Shown here piece after piece: positions 24,384 to 27,862 of a stretch of 27,862 nt of DNA. The DNA is taken from assembly GCA_964553055.1 (NCBI GenBank), contig CAZKJJ010000001.1, positions 1-27,862 on the forward strand, given 5' to 3'. The notes under the pieces are model-generated. The model was not told the DNA's origin. It worked only from the letters and a program-made list of their open reading frames with translations, and did not search any database. The DNA is from an uncultured Acidimicrobiia bacterium. Its GTDB lineage: Bacteria; Actinomycetota; Acidimicrobiia; Spongiisociales; CAZKJJ01. Both the position numbers and the translations under genes were made by a program. Every line of letters starts with the position of its first letter. Within the stretch, counting starts at the first letter, position 1.

Positions 24384-25547
24384 CTACGGTCGTGCTTGGC
24401 GCACTCGGCTTCGATGGTCGCGGTAGCGGAGCATGTCCCAGGCGACCAGCGCACAGCAGATGGCGGCTACCACGGCAAGGGCGGCCAACGCAGGGATCGC
24501 GAGGACCACGGGGACGACCGCCAACGCGCCGATCCCGGCGGCGAGCCTTCCTGGGCCGACCCAGCCGGGCCGGTTGGAGCTCTTGCGCCGATAGAAGACC
24601 AGGCGGATGCGCATGACCACATGGGTGAGGAAGTAGATGGAGAGCCCCCCGCATAGCGCGGCGGCTGGGATCGTGGCTAGGGGCTCGTTGACCGCCTCGA
24701 GCGTGATCGTCAGACCGAGGGCGAAGAGGACAATCCCGGCGATCATCGGCATGTGCAGGTAGCTGTAGTAGTCGCGGGCGAGCCGGGCGCGGTCGGCTCC
24801 GGTGGTCTCGACAAGCTGACCCTGCCCCAAGAGGTTGTAGACGTCGAAGTATGCCCACCACAGAGCTGCCACCGTGACCATCCCCAGAATCGCCGCCATG
24901 ATGATGCCGGTGCCGAGCGTGATCCCTGACGCTCCCACCCCGATCGCAATGATCGACTCGCCGAGGGCGATGATGACGATGAGCCCGTGACGCTCAGCGA
25001 AGTGTGCCGGTGAGATGTCCCAGCCTGCACCGGCGCCGATGAGCGCCCCGCCGTACAGGACGACGAGGGCGACGATCCACAGGGCCACCTGAGTGGTGCC
25101 GCCGAAGAAGGCAGCCGTCAGGATGAGCAGAGAGGCGACGACCGCCGTCGGGCCGAACCGCACAACGCTGCCGAGCAGGTCACGGTTGCGCCTAATCGCC
25201 ATCGGGTAGAGCAGCAGGTTGATCAGTCGGACCAGGAGGAAGGCGACGCCGAACAGAACCGCATTGGCGCCGAAGGCTCCTGGGACGGCCAAGCCGAGCA
25301 CGAGCATCGCAGCCATGGCAGCGAACATGCCGAGGCGGACCGTGCCCTGCTCAGGCTCGAGGGTGTTGGTGAGCCACGCGTAGCCTGTCCATGCCCACCA
25401 GACGGCGGCTAGCACGAGGAGTCCCTTGCCGACGCCGCCCCAGCTGAGGTCGGTAGCCATGAGGCGGGTTACCTGGGTGATGGCGTAGACGAACACCAAG
25501 TCGAAGAAGAGCTCGAGTGGTGTGACCCGCTGCTCACGCTCGGCCAT
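24384..25547 (-). CDS. Low-temperature requirement protein A (LtrA) family membrane protein
   Basis: 387 aa. RVTPLELFFDLVFVYAITQ, HFAERHGLIVIIALGESI and YSYLHMPMIAGI are LtrA family hallmarks. SD GGGAG is present. Confidence 0.9.
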   Translation of the reverse strand: MAEREQRVTPLELFFDLVFVYAITQVTRLMATDLSWGGVGKGLLVLAAVWWAWTGYAWLTNTLEPEQGTVRLGMFAAMAAMLVLGLAVPGAFGANAVLFGVAFLLVRLINLLLYPMAIRRNRDLLGSVVRFGPTAVVASLLILTAAFFGGTTQVALWIVALVVLYGGALIGAGAGWDISPAHFAERHGLIVIIALGESIIAIGVGASGITLGTGIIMAAILGMVTVAALWWAYFDVYNLLGQGQLVETTGADRARLARDYYSYLHMPMIAGIVLFALGLTITLEAVNEPLATIPAAALCGGLSIYFLTHVVMRIRLVFYRRKSSNRPGWVGPGRLAAGIGALAVVPVVLAIPALAALAVVAAICCALVAWDMLRYRDHRSRVRQARP

Positions 25548-25609
25548 CAGCGGCTCCCCGATGTTGATGCCACGCGAGCATATGTAGGTACGACGACGTT
25601 TTACCGGGG

Positions 25610-26137
25610 TCAGCTGGCTGAATGATCGAGGGCGTAGGCGACCGCTTCGTCGAGTGTCGAGGTGCCTGTCGTCTAGGCGGCCTCGTAGTCGGCTGGGCTG
25701 AGAGCCTCGCGGGCCTGAGCGAGGATCCGGTCGTGTCTGGTTTGCTCGTCAGCCCACCGGCTGACGTGAGACTGATACATGCGCGTGTCTACAGCCCCGA
25801 GCAGTGTCACGGCTTGGATGTGGTTTCCCCTTGCGGCCTCGATGTAGCTCTTGGCTTCGAGGATCGTTGTGGCGGTGGGTGAGATCTCGTCGGCGTCGTC
25901 GGACGGCGCAGCCTGGTGAAGAGCCTCGTTGATGTCTTCTTCTGCTTCGTCGATCTCGCCGCCTTCGAGTCTGACCAGGGCGAGCTGGCACAGGGAAAGT
26001 CCTGGATACATGCCCCCTTCTGGAAGTTCTCGTTCGACTTGAGCCGCCTCCAGCCCCGCTGGCTCTGCCTCTTTCAGGTCGCCCATCAGTCGCAGGACAT
26101 GACACTTCCCCTCGAGGGCCAGGACGAGCGGCCACCT
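25610..26137 (-). pseudogene. Decayed C-terminal TPR region of a STAND-ATPase/TPR regulator
   Basis: One frame reads RWPLVLALEG...MGDLKEAE...LALVRLEGGEIDEA...AVTLLGA...AQAREALSPADYEAA*TTGTSTLDEAVAYALDHSAS*. The in-frame TAG at 25675-25673 interrupts a recognisable AA(W/Y)xxG..LDEAVAYAL terminus. There is a further in-frame TGA at 26140-26138 and no room for an N-terminal ATPase. Confidence 0.78.
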
Positions 26138-26209
26138 TCAAGAGTGAGCAAGCACTGTCTCCCAGGATTCACGACTACCCGCAGTCTGGTCCTGGCATAG
26201 AGTCCGAGA

Positions 26210-27565
26210 GTGCCTGTCACGAGGTATGCCCGTAGCGGCGACGTGAACATCGCCTATCAGGTGTTGGGTGAGGGCCCACCGGATCTGGTCTACGTGTCGG
26301 GCTGGGTGACCAATCTCGAGGTGATGTGGGAGGAGCCGAGCCTGGCCCGGTTTCTCCGCAGGCTGGCTTCGTTCTCACGGCTCATCACTTTCGACAAGCG
26401 TGGCATTGGGGTATCGGACCCGGTTCCGCTGGGAGACTTGCCCGATTTCGAGGCCAGGGTGCGTGATCTCGAGGCGGTGATGGACGCAGCAGACTCACAG
26501 ACGGCCACGCTGTTCGGGCATTCGGAGGGAGGGTCAACGGCCCTGGCATTCGCGGCCAGGTTCCCCGAGCGGGTGGAGCGGCTGGTGCTGTTCAGCAGCT
26601 ACGCCAAACGGCTCTGGTCGGAGGACTATCCGTGGGCTCCCACCATGGAGGAGCGCCTGGCAGAGTCGGGAGGGTACGAAGCGAGCTGGGCCAACCCGGC
26701 GAGGATCGCCGAGCACTACGCCCCGAGCCGAGCGGAGGACGAGGCATTTGTGGAGTGGTTGGGTCGGTGGCTTCGGCTCTCGGCTAGTCCCAGAGCTGCC
26801 GCGGCGCTCAACAATGCGTCCACACACATCGATGTCACTGCCCTACTGAGTGACGTTCAGGCTCCGACGCTGCTCCTGTACCGACTCGAGGATCGTGACG
26901 TGAAGATCGAGGAGGGCCGCTACATCGCCTCCCAGATCCCGGACTCCCGCCTTGTGGAGCTCCATGGAACCGACCACTACTTCTACGCAGGCGACACGGA
27001 GCCGATCCTGCAGGAGATCGAGGAGTTCGTTACCGGCTATCGAGCTTCAGCCGATCCAGAGCGGGCCCTGGCGACCGTCCTGTTCACCGACATCGTGCGA
27101 TCCACTCCCCTTGCGGCTTCGATGGGTGACCTCCGGTGGCGTGACCTCATGGAACGTCACAACAAGCTGGTGCGAGGGGAGATCGCCAAGTGGAGAGGGA
27201 GCGAGATCGTGTCGACCGGCGACGGCTTCTTGGCGACGTTCGACAGCCCGGCTGGGGCGATCCACTGTGCGTCCAACATCGTCAGCGCCGTCCAACCTCT
27301 CGGCATCGAGGTCCGCTGTGGGGTCCACACCGGGGAAGTCGAGCAGACCGAGGATGACGTCGCCGGGCTGGCGGTCAACATCGGAGCCCGCATCGCAGAC
27401 ATGGCAGGTCCTTCAGAAGTGCTCGTCTCCAGAACCGTGAAAGACCTCGTCGTCGGAACCGGCCTCGAATTTGAAGACCGCGGTGTCCACGAGCTCAAGG
27501 GCGTGCCTGAAGGCTGGCAGATCTTCGCACTTGCCAAGCCAACCCCAGACGCAGTCCACCCCTGA
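26210..27565 (+). CDS. Alpha/beta-hydrolase fused to a class III cyclase domain (Rv1900c/LipJ-like architecture)
   Basis: 451 aa. TRYARSGDVNIAYQ, FDKRGIG, nucleophile GHSEG, GTDHY. Cyclase: VLFTDIVRST, STGDGFLATF, GVHTGE, DVAGLAVNIGARI, LKGVP. TAGAGT lies 6 nt upstream of the GTG. Confidence 0.92.
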   Translation: MPVTRYARSGDVNIAYQVLGEGPPDLVYVSGWVTNLEVMWEEPSLARFLRRLASFSRLITFDKRGIGVSDPVPLGDLPDFEARVRDLEAVMDAADSQTATLFGHSEGGSTALAFAARFPERVERLVLFSSYAKRLWSEDYPWAPTMEERLAESGGYEASWANPARIAEHYAPSRAEDEAFVEWLGRWLRLSASPRAAAALNNASTHIDVTALLSDVQAPTLLLYRLEDRDVKIEEGRYIASQIPDSRLVELHGTDHYFYAGDTEPILQEIEEFVTGYRASADPERALATVLFTDIVRSTPLAASMGDLRWRDLMERHNKLVRGEIAKWRGSEIVSTGDGFLATFDSPAGAIHCASNIVSAVQPLGIEVRCGVHTGEVEQTEDDVAGLAVNIGARIADMAGPSEVLVSRTVKDLVVGTGLEFEDRGVHELKGVPEGWQIFALAKPTPDAVHP

Positions 27566-27582
27566 AGGGCAGGCCACCTTCA
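27563..27582 (+). terminator. Hairpin starting at the stop codon (possible terminator)
   Basis: TGAAGG-N8-CCTTCA, with no U-tract. Confidence 0.3.
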
Positions 27583-27862
27583 CCCAGGCAACAGAAGCTC
27601 GGCATGTCCCTCTCAGCGTGGGGTCAGATCGAACCCCGCCCGATGACAACGTCAACCGGCTCCTTACTCGAGACCCGGATGTTCTGGTCCTGACCCAAGC
27701 GAACGGCCCCTCGTCTCGCAGCCCATCCTTCAGGTTCGGGGGGGTCGGTCGGATAGGGTCGTTCCTCACTGGAGGCTCACCCCACGGATCGTGAGGATAT
27801 GGGCATGGGCCGGCGCCCGCCCCCGCGACTCCCGGCTGGGAGACCCCCTTGGGACCCACTCA

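Noticed and set aside
25673-25675. Programmed amber read-through (pyrrolysine) in the TPR fragment
   Set aside because: There are no pyl genes in view, and a second in-frame stop plus the missing 5' part indicate decay.
1-27862. CRISPR arrays, IS elements, integrases, tRNA/rRNA
   Set aside because: I saw no spaced direct repeats, transposase/integrase motifs, terminal inverted repeats with target duplications, or tRNA/rRNA signatures.

Overview
This is a GC-rich window with no tRNA, rRNA, CRISPR array or transposase that I can recognise. Gene content and promoter style suggest an actinobacterium, possibly Acidimicrobiia (inference). From left to right it holds: (i) the end of a PD40/TolB-like beta-propeller gene; (ii) an aerobic benzoyl-CoA epoxidation operon, boxC-boxB-thioesterase, with no boxA or CoA ligase in the window; (iii) a small Arg-rich ORF coupled to a CGNR zinc-finger regulator, divergent from an ACT-domain malic enzyme across an AT-rich promoter/palindrome; (iv) a PlsC-type acyltransferase; (v) a DUF2269-like membrane protein translationally coupled to an unusual USP-USP-Rieske[2Fe-2S] fusion, which is the most novel-looking item; (vi) a Cys-type arylsulfatase, MmcQ/YjbR, DUF3052, a sulfite-oxidase-family Mo enzyme, a chagasin (I42) lipoprotein and a GyrI-like protein; (vii) about 13 kb carrying four class III nucleotidyl-cyclase genes of three architectures, interspersed with NTF2-like, EamA, MFS and LtrA genes, a small Cys/His-motif ORF and two gene remnants (an arylsulfatase N-terminus and a STAND-type TPR C-terminus with in-frame stops). 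About a dozen start codons sit 6-9 nt after a TANNNT hexamer, which suggests leaderless or near-leaderless transcription. Several ORF-track starts were corrected. All family assignments come from motif recognition by eye, not database searches.
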